A stretch of 64,000 bases of DNA from Marinilabiliaceae bacterium JC017 (GCA_004296775.1 RHGE01000010.1:39250-103249), one strand, 5' to 3'. Positions 38,947 to 49,442 are shown, counted from the stretch's first letter. Program-made: numbers and translations. The notes: a model not told the origin generated them from the letters alone.

Positions 38947-39500
38947 CTGCACATCTGCCTGTTATCTGCATGTGTTGTTTCAAGAGCTTTGTACGTCTGT
39001 ACGATCGTTGTACTAACTGTGTCAAGGACTCTGTTCACCTGCCTGGTGTCTGCACTAACTGTGTCAAGGACTTTGCACGTCTGTATGGTGTCTGCACTAG
39101 TTGTGTCAGGGCTTTTCTTGTTAGTATGGCGTCTGCACTAACTGTATCTAGGGCTTCGTTCACCTGCATGGTGTCTGCACTGACTGTGTCAAGGACTTTG
39201 CACGTCTGTATGGAGTCTGCACTAGTTGTGTCAGGACTTTGCATGCCTGTCTGGTCGTTGTACTAATTGTGTCAAGGACTTTGCACGTCTGCATTGGCAT
39301 TTTCTTCACTGTGTTAAGGCTTTGTTCGTCTGCGAGACAATTTTTCTACACTAAAAAATGACTTTGCATGTCTGCATAGGCACTTTTTGGTGTGTGAAAA
39401 TAGGTTTGTTCACTTGCCTGGTTGATTTTTCAACAGGATCAAGGGCCTTGATTGGCTGCAAAATGATTTTTCAGCTTAAAAAATGACTTTGTTTACCGTG
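38947..39500. repeat. Degenerate tandem array of about 13 units of 41-43 bp. The core is (g)tctgcactaactgtgtcaaggactttgcacgtctg.
   Basis: Directly visible. Unit length varies between 41, 42 and 43 bp, so the reading frame is not conserved. Confidence 0.75.
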
Positions 39501-40187
39501 TAACCCTATTTTCGAAATTTAAATTCGAACCAAGCAGGTAGTGTAGTTTATTTTTCAAGCCAGCCGATGACTATTACTGGCGTTCAATATATTTTTCTTG
39601 CTGATGTTGCAAAGGTATCAGCTATGTAGCATTCAGTTCTCAACCAATTAATTCAATTGATTTATTAGTAATGCCGGTTTTCTTAGCGGGTGAATTATTT
39701 TCCCATATGGTAAACTTATGTTTTTATAACGCGATTCAATTGATGCCCTCTTTCGGAACAGGATTGTTGGAGTCAGAATGGGGTTGACTGATATAAATCG
39801 TAAATTCAAAATGTTCGAACCTTTTATATTGCTATAAATCTTATTGTCCGAAAACGTTTTCGATAAGGATGGTTTCGTTTTTTTTTAATATTCCATCTTC
39901 TTGTTGAGCTTCTTTTTTGTGTTGAGGAGTTGGTGTTAAGTGGTTGTATGGATATGAATTAGCCACTTGTATATTTTTTTTATGATTGCCTTTTTAGTGA
40001 TTGGGTGCAGGGGATGAAATTTCGTTTTTCTACTGCCTGTAGTAACTTGCTAAACCGAAAAAGGTTAGGAGTCAGCAGGAGTATCAGATTAAATCAGATC
40101 ATTGCATGTTAGGATTTTGTGAGCTGTCTATAACCTGGATAATGATTGATTTACAGGTAAGGATATAACACAGATAATTCAATTATA

Positions 40188-42629
40188 ATGAACAGAAAAC
40201 TACATCACTTAAATCATTTGGTTTGGCTTGCGTTGCTATTGGTTTCGTTTATTCCCGGAATTCATGCGCAGAATACGGAGCGAGTCTTCCTGTCTGCCGA
40301 AGAGAGCGGGCAATCGTTAAAAGTGACCACTTCAGATGGCTTCATTGTCTTCAAACCCTATTCACAAAGTGGGATGGAAGTGGAGTTTCTTCCTAAAGGC
40401 GAAGCAAATCCACCTTCTTATGCCATCGGGGTGAAGCCGGAAAAGACGAAAACTGTTTTGACACAGACCGACCATCTCTTAAAATACACTACGGGTGGTT
40501 TGGAAGTAACCATTGAGAAGGTCCCCTTTAAAGTATCGTACAGTTATAATCACCACCCTCTTTTTTCAGAGGAGCATGGCTATTTCCAAAACGACACCCT
40601 CCAGGGCTTTCGCTTTAACCTGTCGCCGGAAGAGAAGTTGATGGGTGGCGGAGAGCGTGTGTTGGGAATGGATCGACGGGGCCATCGCTTGCAACTTTAT
40701 AATAAAGCCAGTTATGGCTATGAAACCCATGCCGACCTCATGTATTATTCCATGCCAGTGGTGATTTCGTCTAAAAAATACATGGTCGTTTTTGATAATG
40801 GCGCCAGTGGTTTTATGGACCTGGGGGCTACACAAAAAGATATCCTGCAGTTTGAAGCCGTGGGCGGACGTATGAGTTACCTGGTAGTGGCCGGTGATGC
40901 TTGGGATCAGCTGGCAGAGAATTATACCGGTATCACCGGACGTCAACCCATGGTGCCACGCTGGGCGCTGGGTAATATTGCCTCACGCATGGGCTACCAC
41001 ACCCAACAGGAAGTAGAGGATGTGGTGGATAAATACATAGCGGATGATATTCCTTTGGATGGTATCGTGCTCGATCTCTATTGGTTTGGCCCGGATTTGA
41101 AAGGGCACATGGGTAACCTGGAGTGGGATCTTGACTCCTTTCCTGAGCCGGAAAAAATGATGGCCGACATCAAGAAGAAGGGAGTGAAGACAGTCTTGAT
41201 TACCGAGCCTTTCATCCTGAAAAAAAGCGGGAAGTATGCCGAGTGTGTGGAAAAGGGACTCTTAGGTACCGATACATTGGGCAATCCCTATGTGTTTGAT
41301 TTCTTTTTTGGAACCACCACGTTGTTAGACATTTTTAAGCCTTCAACCCAACGGTGGTTTTGGAATATCTATAAAAAACATACACTGTCTGGTGTAGCTG
41401 GCTGGTGGGGCGATTTGGGCGAGCCGGAAGTGCATCCCGATGATTTGATGCATGTGAATGGCCGTGGTGATGAGGTGCATAACCTGTATGGACACCAATG
41501 GGCTAAGACAGTCTATGAGGGCTTTGCGAAAGACTTCCCGGAGAGAAGGCCGGTGATATTAATGCGTGCTGGTTTTGCCGGATCACAACGTTACGGTTTG
41601 GTGCCCTGGTCGGGCGATGTGAGTCGTAGCTGGGGTGGTTTAAAACCTCAGGTGGAGATATCATTGCAGATGGGAATGCAGGGCTTGGCCTATATGCACT
41701 CTGATTTGGGAGGTTTTGCCGGTAATAATAAAGATGCCGAGCTTTATATTCGTTGGTTACAATATGGTGTTTTCCAACCGGTATACAGAACCCATGCCCA
41801 GGAGGATGTGCCACCGGAACCTGTTTTTTGGGATGAGGACACCAAAGACATCGTGCGCGAATCTATTAAGTTGCGTTATGCGTTAATGCCTTATAATTAT
41901 ACCCTGATTCATGAAAATGCTACCAAAGGATTGCCAATGATGCGGCCGCTGTTTTATGTGGATGATAATCCTGCCTTACTGGATAATACCGAGGCGTATT
42001 TATGGGGTGATAATTTCTTGGTGGCACCGGTGGTAAATAAAGGAGTGACTACAAAAAAAATGTACATACCCGATAATGGTGTTTGGATGGATTATTTCAA
42101 CAAGGAGAGATATGCCGGTGGACAGGAAGTAGAAGTGCCGGTGGATATAAATCACATTCCTGTGTTTGTGAAGGCCGGTTCATTTATTCCCATGGTACCG
42201 CCTATGCAGAGTACCGATGATTACCATTCTGAAAAGCTTTTTGTGCATTACTACAATGATAATAGTGTGGAGCAGGCAGATGGGTATATGTATGAAGATG
42301 ATGGTGCAACAAAAGGATCTTTTGAGAAGAAGGCTTATGAGATTATTCGGTTTAAATCAATAAAAAGCGATGATAAGCTGTTGTTAACCATCTCGCCGGA
42401 TGGGTATGATTACCAGGGAAAGCCCGATCAGCGCAACGTGTATATGGTGGTGGAGAATTGGAATGCCAAACCTTCAAAGGTTTATGTTGATGGTGACAAG
42501 GTGAAGGTGCAGAAGCGATCCGATAAATTGGAGAAATTGTCTGAAGGTGCGTTCTGGGATAGTGTATCCGGGCAATTGACCATTAAAGTGGAAATGGCCG
42601 ATAATGTAAAAACGATTGTGATCGAATAA
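40188..42629 (+). CDS. Glycoside hydrolase family 31 (alpha-glucosidase/alpha-xylosidase-like).
   Basis: Signal peptide. Contains 'RPVILMRAGFAGSQRYGLVPWSGDVSRSW' and 'AGWWGDLGEPE', which are GH31 catalytic-region blocks. Confidence 0.85.
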   Translation: MNRKLHHLNHLVWLALLLVSFIPGIHAQNTERVFLSAEESGQSLKVTTSDGFIVFKPYSQSGMEVEFLPKGEANPPSYAIGVKPEKTKTVLTQTDHLLKYTTGGLEVTIEKVPFKVSYSYNHHPLFSEEHGYFQNDTLQGFRFNLSPEEKLMGGGERVLGMDRRGHRLQLYNKASYGYETHADLMYYSMPVVISSKKYMVVFDNGASGFMDLGATQKDILQFEAVGGRMSYLVVAGDAWDQLAENYTGITGRQPMVPRWALGNIASRMGYHTQQEVEDVVDKYIADDIPLDGIVLDLYWFGPDLKGHMGNLEWDLDSFPEPEKMMADIKKKGVKTVLITEPFILKKSGKYAECVEKGLLGTDTLGNPYVFDFFFGTTTLLDIFKPSTQRWFWNIYKKHTLSGVAGWWGDLGEPEVHPDDLMHVNGRGDEVHNLYGHQWAKTVYEGFAKDFPERRPVILMRAGFAGSQRYGLVPWSGDVSRSWGGLKPQVEISLQMGMQGLAYMHSDLGGFAGNNKDAELYIRWLQYGVFQPVYRTHAQEDVPPEPVFWDEDTKDIVRESIKLRYALMPYNYTLIHENATKGLPMMRPLFYVDDNPALLDNTEAYLWGDNFLVAPVVNKGVTTKKMYIPDNGVWMDYFNKERYAGGQEVEVPVDINHIPVFVKAGSFIPMVPPMQSTDDYHSEKLFVHYYNDNSVEQADGYMYEDDGATKGSFEKKAYEIIRFKSIKSDDKLLLTISPDGYDYQGKPDQRNVYMVVENWNAKPSKVYVDGDKVKVQKRSDKLEKLSEGAFWDSVSGQLTIKVEMADNVKTIVIE

Positions 42630-43149
42630 TAGGGTTTAGGTGCTTAGGAAGCAGCTTTTACCAACATGTTGTTCAAATTGGATGGAAATACGTGGAGAAA
42701 GGTGGAAATAGACAGCACTTTCCATTATTAACCTCGAAGAACAATCAGCTTAAGGCAATCTCCCTAGAAAAGGTTTTTTTAGGCAGTGCTGAAAAACATA
42801 GACTTTTAGATTACAATAGTTCGTTAAACTTTTGTAAGTAATTGAAAAACTGTTTGTATTTGCTCAATAAATGAAGTTATTAATGGCTTAAGAATGAAAG
42901 TAATGTAAATCGGTCTAACGTCTATTATCTAAAATCTAACGATCTATTTTGATTATGGATTTGAGATAAATTGATAAGGAAGGTAGGGAAGCGTGGTGCT
43001 AAAACAGTAAGCACCACCTTCTGATTATTTTTTTTGATATATCTCAAATCATTAATGTCCTAAATAATTAAAGGTTCAAGCAAATAGAATTAATAGCTAC
43101 AGTGTATTAGTGATATTTTTGGAATATAGAGGCTTAACTGGATATTCCG

Positions 43150-43390
43150 CCTTCAAGAAATAACGTATAGAAATTTAACGGATTGGAGCGTTAAGAAAGA
43201 AAATCTGTTTGAGCGGAGCGAGTTATTTTCTTTCAGTGGAAAGGAGTTAAATTTTAGTTATTTATTGAGAGTCCCGAATAAGCTTTTGTTGTTTTTGCAT
43301 CAAAAGCTTACAAAGTTATAATCGGGATCGTTTTTTGTTTACTTTTTTTCGCTGTAGCAAAAAAGTAAAAGCCCGTGCGGCTTGAGCACA
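43150..43390 (+). ncRNA. Candidate structured non-coding element, copy 2.
   Basis: It has the same conserved loop 'ctgtttgagcggagcgagtt' at 43205-43224. Its flanks are different but still complementary (gaaagaaaat / attttctttc). Hairpin tttacttttttt...aaaaaagtaaa. Hairpin gtgc ggcttga gcac. An extra 9-bp stem lies at 43282-43311. Confidence 0.4.
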
Positions 43391-43513
43391 TTGGTAATAC
43401 TAATTTATTTTGGACAATACTGCATTGTTATCTTAACGTCAATATGGTCAAAGGTCATCGTGAAACTCAAATCTAAGAACTACTATCAAATTGTATCATT
43501 TAATAATAAACGG

Positions 43514-45388
43514 ATGAAGAAACAACTGATTTTAATAAGTGCCGGATTGGTGTTGCTGATTGCAGCATGTGTCTCTTCTCATAAAGGGGACAAAACGGCA
43601 CAGGCGGATGCCGGCAAAGCCCATAAAACGGTAGTTTACCAGGTTTTTCCCCGCCTTTTTGGAAACACCAACACCACGAACAAGCCCTGGGGTACCATTG
43701 AAGAAAATGGAGTAGGTAAATTCAATGATTTCACCGATACCGCCCTGGAAGAGCTAAAAGCATTGGGAGTTACCCATATGTGGTATACCGGTGTGCCGCA
43801 TCATGCCGTGATAACCGATTATACGACTTACGGTATTTCCCAGGATGATCCTGACGTGGTGAAGGGTAGGGCTGGTTCTCCCTATGCTGTGAAAGATTAC
43901 TATAATGTGAATCCGGATTTGGCAGTGGATCCGGCTAAGCGCCTGGAAGAATTTAAAGCACTGATTGATCGTACCCATAAACATGGGATGAAAGTACTGA
44001 TTGATATCATTCCCAATCACGTGGCCCGAAACTATAAAGGATTGAGCAATCCGGAAGGTGTAGCAGATTTTGGGGCATCGGATGATGTAACAGTGGCCTA
44101 CAAACGTGATAATAATTTCTATTACATACCGGGGGAATCATTTCAGGTACCTGTGGCGGAAGGGAACTATAAGCCCCTGGGGGGTGAGGCGCATCCTTTG
44201 GCTGATGGCAAGTTCGGGGAGTCACCGGCTAAATGGACTGGAAATGGATCGCGCCTGGCTCAGCCTCATTTTCATGACTGGTATGAAACAGTGAAAATCA
44301 ACTATGGTGTGAGCCCGGACGGAAAGAAAGAATTTGATCTGTTGCCCGATGGATTCGATAAAAAGTCTTACCAGGATCATTATGCTTTTGGGAAAGATAA
44401 AGATGTGCCCGATTCATGGACCAAGTTTAGTGACATTGCCCTTTATTGGTTAGATATGGGTGTTGACGGCTTTCGATATGATATGGCTGAAATGGTTCCG
44501 GTGGAATTCTGGAGTTTCATGAACTCTTCCATTAAAATGAAAAATCCCGATGCTTTTCTGTTGGCTGAGGTTTATAATCCTTCTTTATACCGTGATTACA
44601 TTCATTTGGGTAAGATGGACTATCTCTATGATAAGGTGGAATTGTATGATACATTAAAGCATATCATGCAGGGAAATGGATTAACCGATAATTTGCCTGC
44701 TATCCAGGATGGCTTGGCCGATATCGAGCATCATATGTTACACTTTCTTGAAAATCATGATGAGCAGCGTATTGCCAGTCCTGAATTTGCAGGGGATGCC
44801 CTTAAGGGTAAGCCCGCCATGGTGGCATCGGCTACTATCAGTTCGGCGCCTACCATGCTCTATTACGGTCAGGAAGTGGGAGAACCGGGAGCGGAAGATG
44901 CCGGTTTTGGAACGCATTCGCGCACCACTATTTTTGATTATTTTGGTGTCCCTCATCTTCAGCGTTGGGTAAATAATGGTCGTTTTGATGGCGGACAACT
45001 CTCAAAAGACGAGAAGGAGTTGCGTGATTTCTATAAACGCTTGCTGAATTTTACCAAAGGAAGTAGCGCGTTAATGGGAGAGTACAAGGATATTCATCAG
45101 TATAACCGGGAGCATACTAAAGGGTATAACCACCGGGTGTATTCCTTTGTGCGTTGGTCAGCCCATGAGCATCTGGTGATACTCTCTAATTTTGACGGGG
45201 AAGCCACCTATGGATTCAACCTGTCCATTCCGGCGGGGATCATCAAAGACTGGGAGTTAACCGATGGTACTTATCAGTTAATCGATCAGCTTTATGGAAG
45301 TCAGGCCGAGCTGGTGGTTGAAAACGGTATCGGTACCGTTAAAACGGAATTGCAACCTTTGCAGTCGTTTATCTATGCATTAAAATAG
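43514..45388 (+). CDS. GH13 alpha-amylase-family lipoprotein. The ORF opens at 43382, but the start is likely the Met at 43514.
   Basis: Lipobox 'LLIAACVSS'. GH13 regions are 'DIIPNHVA', 'GFRYDMAEM' and 'FLENHDEQR'. Confidence 0.85.
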   Translation: MKKQLILISAGLVLLIAACVSSHKGDKTAQADAGKAHKTVVYQVFPRLFGNTNTTNKPWGTIEENGVGKFNDFTDTALEELKALGVTHMWYTGVPHHAVITDYTTYGISQDDPDVVKGRAGSPYAVKDYYNVNPDLAVDPAKRLEEFKALIDRTHKHGMKVLIDIIPNHVARNYKGLSNPEGVADFGASDDVTVAYKRDNNFYYIPGESFQVPVAEGNYKPLGGEAHPLADGKFGESPAKWTGNGSRLAQPHFHDWYETVKINYGVSPDGKKEFDLLPDGFDKKSYQDHYAFGKDKDVPDSWTKFSDIALYWLDMGVDGFRYDMAEMVPVEFWSFMNSSIKMKNPDAFLLAEVYNPSLYRDYIHLGKMDYLYDKVELYDTLKHIMQGNGLTDNLPAIQDGLADIEHHMLHFLENHDEQRIASPEFAGDALKGKPAMVASATISSAPTMLYYGQEVGEPGAEDAGFGTHSRTTIFDYFGVPHLQRWVNNGRFDGGQLSKDEKELRDFYKRLLNFTKGSSALMGEYKDIHQYNREHTKGYNHRVYSFVRWSAHEHLVILSNFDGEATYGFNLSIPAGIIKDWELTDGTYQLIDQLYGSQAELVVENGIGTVKTELQPLQSFIYALK

Positions 45389-45409
45389 TTTTTTTACGAA
45401 GGTAAATAA

Positions 45410-45440
45410 GGAAGGCTGCTCTTGTCGGGCAGCCTTTTGT
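45410..45440 (+). terminator. Rho-independent terminator after the amylase gene.
   Basis: aaggctgc...gcagcctt stem followed by ttttg. Confidence 0.55.
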
Positions 45441-45757
45441 CATTAAAAGAGATAATTTGCTTTTATTTCTTTCGTGAAGCCGCCAAGTCGCAGGGAAGTA
45501 ATAATGTTAAGGTTATTTGTTTCTTCTTTTGGCTTTCCCTAATCTGTACAAGCCAGAAAATTACATTGATATGAGTATCAAGATACATGACCGGTATTGT
45601 AATATCCTGAAAAAAATAAACGAATGTTATTGCTGAAACACTAACGATTTGTCTAATGCCCTATCGACCTATAGGCCTATAGATCAAACAACCTAATGCC
45701 CTTTTCACCTTTTACCTTTTACCTTTCGTCTTTTACCTTGAACCTTATGTCTCAAGT

Positions 45758-46438
45758 CTATTTTTCATTTTTCCTGATCGCCTTCTGTAGCGGACAATCA
45801 TCAGCTATGGGCTTTCCTTGCCGGTATTTGGCCAAGAGGGCCACGGAACGTTCGGCCAGCATTCTTCTCACAGCTCTTCTTTCCCCTTTAATCCTGGCGA
45901 TATGCATGTTGTCATAAGCCGTTGTGTTGTGGCGCATCCAGGCAATGACGGCCCTGGCAGCCCTTTCCTCTATGGGAATCATGGATGTACGCGCAACAGT
46001 GCCGCTTCCAACGGGTATGGCGTGGGTGGTAACGGCCCTGGCAATGATCTTTTCTGTCGGTTTGTGCAACGGGTGAAAATTTAGAAAGTTTTCCACCTCT
46101 TTGCAGAAGGCTGCCTCATACTCCAGCTGCTTTTTTTGCCGCCGTTGAAGATCATACTGCCTCTTCTTTTCGTATGCTTCGGTTGAACGAATGGCTTGCA
46201 CATCTCTTTGGGCTTGTTCTATGGTAGAGGCAGGCGCCCAGATGCCCTTCGATATGGTACGTCGCCCTTTCTTTACCTGCACACGCCAAAAGGATCCCTT
46301 AGAAGTAACCTTTCGGGTGACACCGGCATCCCCGGCCGGCAAAAAAGCCCAGTCATTTGGCGGAACCAGACGCTCTCCTTTTTCTCCCAATAAACTTCCT
46401 CCCGGTCCCGGATTTACAATTCGTATATCACCCTTCAT
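45758..46438 (-). CDS. Hypothetical basic protein, possibly DUF2293-like.
   Basis: A 226-aa Arg/Lys-rich ORF with no TM helices. Confidence 0.45.
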   Translation of the reverse strand: MKGDIRIVNPGPGGSLLGEKGERLVPPNDWAFLPAGDAGVTRKVTSKGSFWRVQVKKGRRTISKGIWAPASTIEQAQRDVQAIRSTEAYEKKRQYDLQRRQKKQLEYEAAFCKEVENFLNFHPLHKPTEKIIARAVTTHAIPVGSGTVARTSMIPIEERAARAVIAWMRHNTTAYDNMHIARIKGERRAVRRMLAERSVALLAKYRQGKPIADDCPLQKAIRKNEK

Positions 46439-46519
46439 ATATAGCAGTTTTTTAGGGTTGCAAAAGTAGTGTTTTCAGGGATATTGTAGGTCAGTAACAC
46501 AATACCATTTGAAATGTAC

Positions 46520-47614
46520 CTATTCAAAGTACCTCTGTCTGGCCTTCTCCAGTAATTCTCCAATCCGTTTTCTCAATGAGGGTGGGCTTAATACTTCAAT
46601 GCCCGGGCCAAATCCCAGAATAAGGCGTTCCAATTCGTAATTGGGCACCACATTAATGGAAAGGATGGTGCCCTGGGGTGATTCGGAAATTAATTGCTGA
46701 GATGCGTGAAGGGGTTTTGTTAATACATAGGGGGCGTTGAAATGATCTACCCAGAAGGTTATAGTACGTGGCATTAAGCCAGGATTTACTGTAACGCCTA
46801 TCACATTTTTGTAATAGTCGTCGGGATGAAAAGTTGGATCATCATGAAAAGGCATGTTATCTACCTGTGTGAATGAGAGCATTCGGTCCAATGCCAGGTT
46901 CATAATCTCTTTTGCTTTGTTTTTATGGCCTGTTATAAACCAGCGATTGTTGTATTCTTTTAACAGGTATGGGTGGAAGTAGATTGGGTGGCTGCTTTTT
47001 GCCTTGAAGGAGCGGTATTCTATTTTAAGTACCTGTTTTTTTAAAATAGCCTGATAGAGGTCATTCAGGTGTTCCAGACCTTTTAGTTTTTCGTTTTTAT
47101 CAATATGGATGATGGGGCGTGACCGGGTTTGTTCTGTGTAGATTTTGTTTTCTAACTTTTGAATTAAGCTGGTCATCTCCCTAAAATGGCTGAATCCCTG
47201 GAATTGCTTCAGAATATCTACGGCATCGTTCAGTTTATTCAGGTCTTGTTCTGACAGAGGCAGTTGTGTGATCGAATAGTCAGGATCTTCATATTCATAA
47301 TACTTCCTCTGCTTTACTATTATGGGTGCATTATAGCCCAGTTTATCGCTGCGCATGGTTTGGATATCCAATTGAATGGTACGACGGCTAACTCCTTTGT
47401 CAATTCCCTCATATTCAAATAAGGCCTCAGAACAGGCTTCCGTCAGGTCATCCAGTGTCCATTTTCGGTAATGATTTCTAAGGCATTTATCAATGGTATT
47501 GTAGCGAATGAGGGCATTTCTGTTGACAGGCATAAAATTTTTTTGGGAAAAATAGAAAAAAGATCTTACTGCGCAAAAAGATTGCGCAGTAGTGGTGAAT
47601 CTTTGCAATGTCAA
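46520..47614 (-). CDS. HTH (YafY/DeoR-like) plus WYL-domain transcriptional regulator. The start is likely the Met at 47539.
   Basis: The N-terminal 'VSRRTIQLDIQTMRS' is the HTH recognition segment. 'HPYLLKEYNNRWFITGH...NLALDRM' matches the WYL-domain core (YL..Y.gRWY / FRLDRI-like). Confidence 0.7.
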   Translation of the reverse strand: MTLQRFTTTAQSFCAVRSFFYFSQKNFMPVNRNALIRYNTIDKCLRNHYRKWTLDDLTEACSEALFEYEGIDKGVSRRTIQLDIQTMRSDKLGYNAPIIVKQRKYYEYEDPDYSITQLPLSEQDLNKLNDAVDILKQFQGFSHFREMTSLIQKLENKIYTEQTRSRPIIHIDKNEKLKGLEHLNDLYQAILKKQVLKIEYRSFKAKSSHPIYFHPYLLKEYNNRWFITGHKNKAKEIMNLALDRMLSFTQVDNMPFHDDPTFHPDDYYKNVIGVTVNPGLMPRTITFWVDHFNAPYVLTKPLHASQQLISESPQGTILSINVVPNYELERLILGFGPGIEVLSPPSLRKRIGELLEKARQRYFE

Positions 47615-47811
47615 ACAAAATAAACGATCCTTGATAAGAAAATGCTTTCCGCATCAATAATATTCTCTTCCGATAATAAGGAAGAAATCAGAATGAAGAG
47701 CCCGGAGACTCAGGACCTGATGTAAGTTTCTGTATAGCTTCATAGTGTTGTACTCAGTAGGGTATAATATGCTGCCTGTTTTTTGGTGTTTTTTCATTCC
47801 AGGTTGTCTAT

Positions 47812-47912
47812 GGAGGTTCGAATCCTCCTCTCATTTAGGTATGAGATAGCTTAAATGGTTAAGCAACAATCCATCATGGTTATGTCTTTTGACACGCAGG
47901 TTCGAATCCTGC
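47812..47912 (+). other. tRNA-like fragments: two T-arm/3'-acceptor segments plus a D-arm-like segment, with no intact tRNA.
   Basis: ggagg ttcgaat cctcc tctcatt at 47812-47835. gcagg ttcgaat cctgc at 47896-47912. 'tatgaga ta gctt aaatggtt aagc' at 47840-47860, which is complementary to the first acceptor 3' strand but lies downstream of it. Confidence 0.35.
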
Positions 47913-48199
47913 CTGAAGTTCATTACTTCACTAAACAATTATGTGAAAACAGCATTAAGCGATACTCGTCTGTTTGGCTTAAAAACAGACAGTCTCGAGG
48001 TAACCTAGAAAGTATAAGAACTTCCAAGATGAAGTCTTTTACTTTTTTTAAAGTGCCGAAGGTTTATATCCGGAACTTTTCACTTTGGAAGAACTAAATG
48101 ACCAGAGTCTTGTGTACCTGTGCTTCCGTTATCGAAGGATGGTATTGTGAATGCTGTTTTTCCTTTTTAAAAAGAAGAAAAACTAAAATCTAAATAATT

Positions 48200-49300
48200 A
48201 TGAGACGAGTAAGAATTAATAAGGGAAATGTTGTATTGGTATTCCGACACGGTGATTTCAATCGGGTTCTGACGACAGGTTCCTATTGGCTGAAACCATT
48301 TGAAACGACAATGGTATGCGATATGTCCAAGCCTTTCTCGTCGTCTATTGAGCTTAATATTCTACTACAAAATGAGCAGTTGGCTAGTTTATTGGAAATA
48401 GTAGAGGTGCGAGATAATGAAATAGCTCTGCAATATGAAAATGGAAACTTTAAAAGTGTTTTAACCCCGGGGCGACATGCTTTTTGGAAAGGAGCAACTC
48501 AGATCTCTTTCGTGAAAGTGAACTTAGATAAAGTTGAGATTACCGGGGATATCAGCTTATCAGTCTTGAAACGTCCCGAGTTATATTCCTATATAAGGGT
48601 TTATACGGTGGAATCATATGAGCAGGGTTTGTTGTTTGTAGATGGTAAGTTTGAAAGACAATTGGAGAAAGGAGTGTATCACTTCTGGAAGAATGGTATT
48701 CCTGTTTCGGTTATGAAAGTGGATATGCGTCAAATGCAGCTGGAGGTGTCCGGGCAGGAGATTCTGACGAAAGATAAAGCGGCTTTAAGGGTTAATTTCT
48801 TTGCCCGATATAAGGTGGTTGATGTGATGAAAGCATTGACTGAGAACAAGGAATATGAACGTCAGTTGTACATTATATTGCAATTGGCAATACGTGAATT
48901 TATTGGCACTTTAACACTGGATGAGCTCTTGGAAAAGAAAGAGGAGGTGGCTGTGTTTGTTTTGAAGGCTATAGCGGGAAAAGTGAAGACACTGGGAGTG
49001 GAAGTCTTGGATGGAGGAGTACGTGATATTATCCTGCCGGGAGAGGTGCGGGAGATTATGAACCAGGTGTTGGTGGCTCAAAAGAAGGCGCAGGCCAATA
49101 TCATTACCCGCAGAGAAGAGACCGCTTCCACCAGAAGCTTATTAAATACTGCCAAATTAATGGAAGAGAATGAAATGTTGTTCAAGTTGAAAGAGAGGGA
49201 GTATGTGGAGAAAATTGCTGAGAAAATCAATAATATCACGGTCTCAGGTGGGAGTCAGGTGGTGGATCAGTTAAAAAATATTTTTACTCCCAATAGATAA
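48200..49300 (+). CDS. SPFH/Band-7 domain protein with an atypical N-terminus of three beta-repeats and no TM helix.
   Basis: The C-terminal half ('ILTKDKAALRVNFFARYKVVD...TLDELLEKKEEVA...GVEVLDGGVRDIILPGEVREIM...AQKKAQANII') is the SPFH core. The N-terminus repeats [VLF]..G.F...L..G.Y.FWK.G three times. Confidence 0.7.
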   Translation: MRRVRINKGNVVLVFRHGDFNRVLTTGSYWLKPFETTMVCDMSKPFSSSIELNILLQNEQLASLLEIVEVRDNEIALQYENGNFKSVLTPGRHAFWKGATQISFVKVNLDKVEITGDISLSVLKRPELYSYIRVYTVESYEQGLLFVDGKFERQLEKGVYHFWKNGIPVSVMKVDMRQMQLEVSGQEILTKDKAALRVNFFARYKVVDVMKALTENKEYERQLYIILQLAIREFIGTLTLDELLEKKEEVAVFVLKAIAGKVKTLGVEVLDGGVRDIILPGEVREIMNQVLVAQKKAQANIITRREETASTRSLLNTAKLMEENEMLFKLKEREYVEKIAEKINNITVSGGSQVVDQLKNIFTPNR

Positions 49301-49442
49301 CCTGTTACAGCTAATGATACCTCTTTAAAATATATTTTAGAAAATAAAGGAGTGAGTTTTTTATTGTTTATAAAGAAAAGATCTATAAAATCAAGTTCAG
49401 GTTGCTTATTGTTTTAAGTTATATTATAAATCGAAAAGAATA

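Noticed and set aside
38883-39266. 127-aa Cys-rich repeat ORF downstream of the rSAM (possible rSAM substrate)
   Set aside because: The underlying repeat units vary between 41, 42 and 43 bp, so the frame is not maintained across units. There is no GG leader and no start context. It is treated as a non-coding tandem array.
43382-43513. N-terminal 44 aa of the six-frame amylase ORF (MSTLVILIYFGQ...)
   Set aside because: This segment overlaps the conserved structured element. The lipoprotein signal peptide starts at Met 43514.
45758-46438. Integrase or recombinase next to the tRNA-like fragments
   Set aside because: The 226-aa basic protein lacks the R..H..R..Y tyrosine-recombinase or serine-recombinase motifs. 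No integrase is identifiable in the window, so the island hypothesis rests only on the tRNA fragments.
47840-47920. Intact tRNA-Met gene
   Set aside because: The D-arm, a CAT-containing loop and a T-arm are present, but the acceptor stem cannot be paired (5' tatgaga versus 3' ctgaagt) and the anticodon stem has a mismatch with a non-purine at position 37. It is treated as a fragment or pseudo-tRNA.
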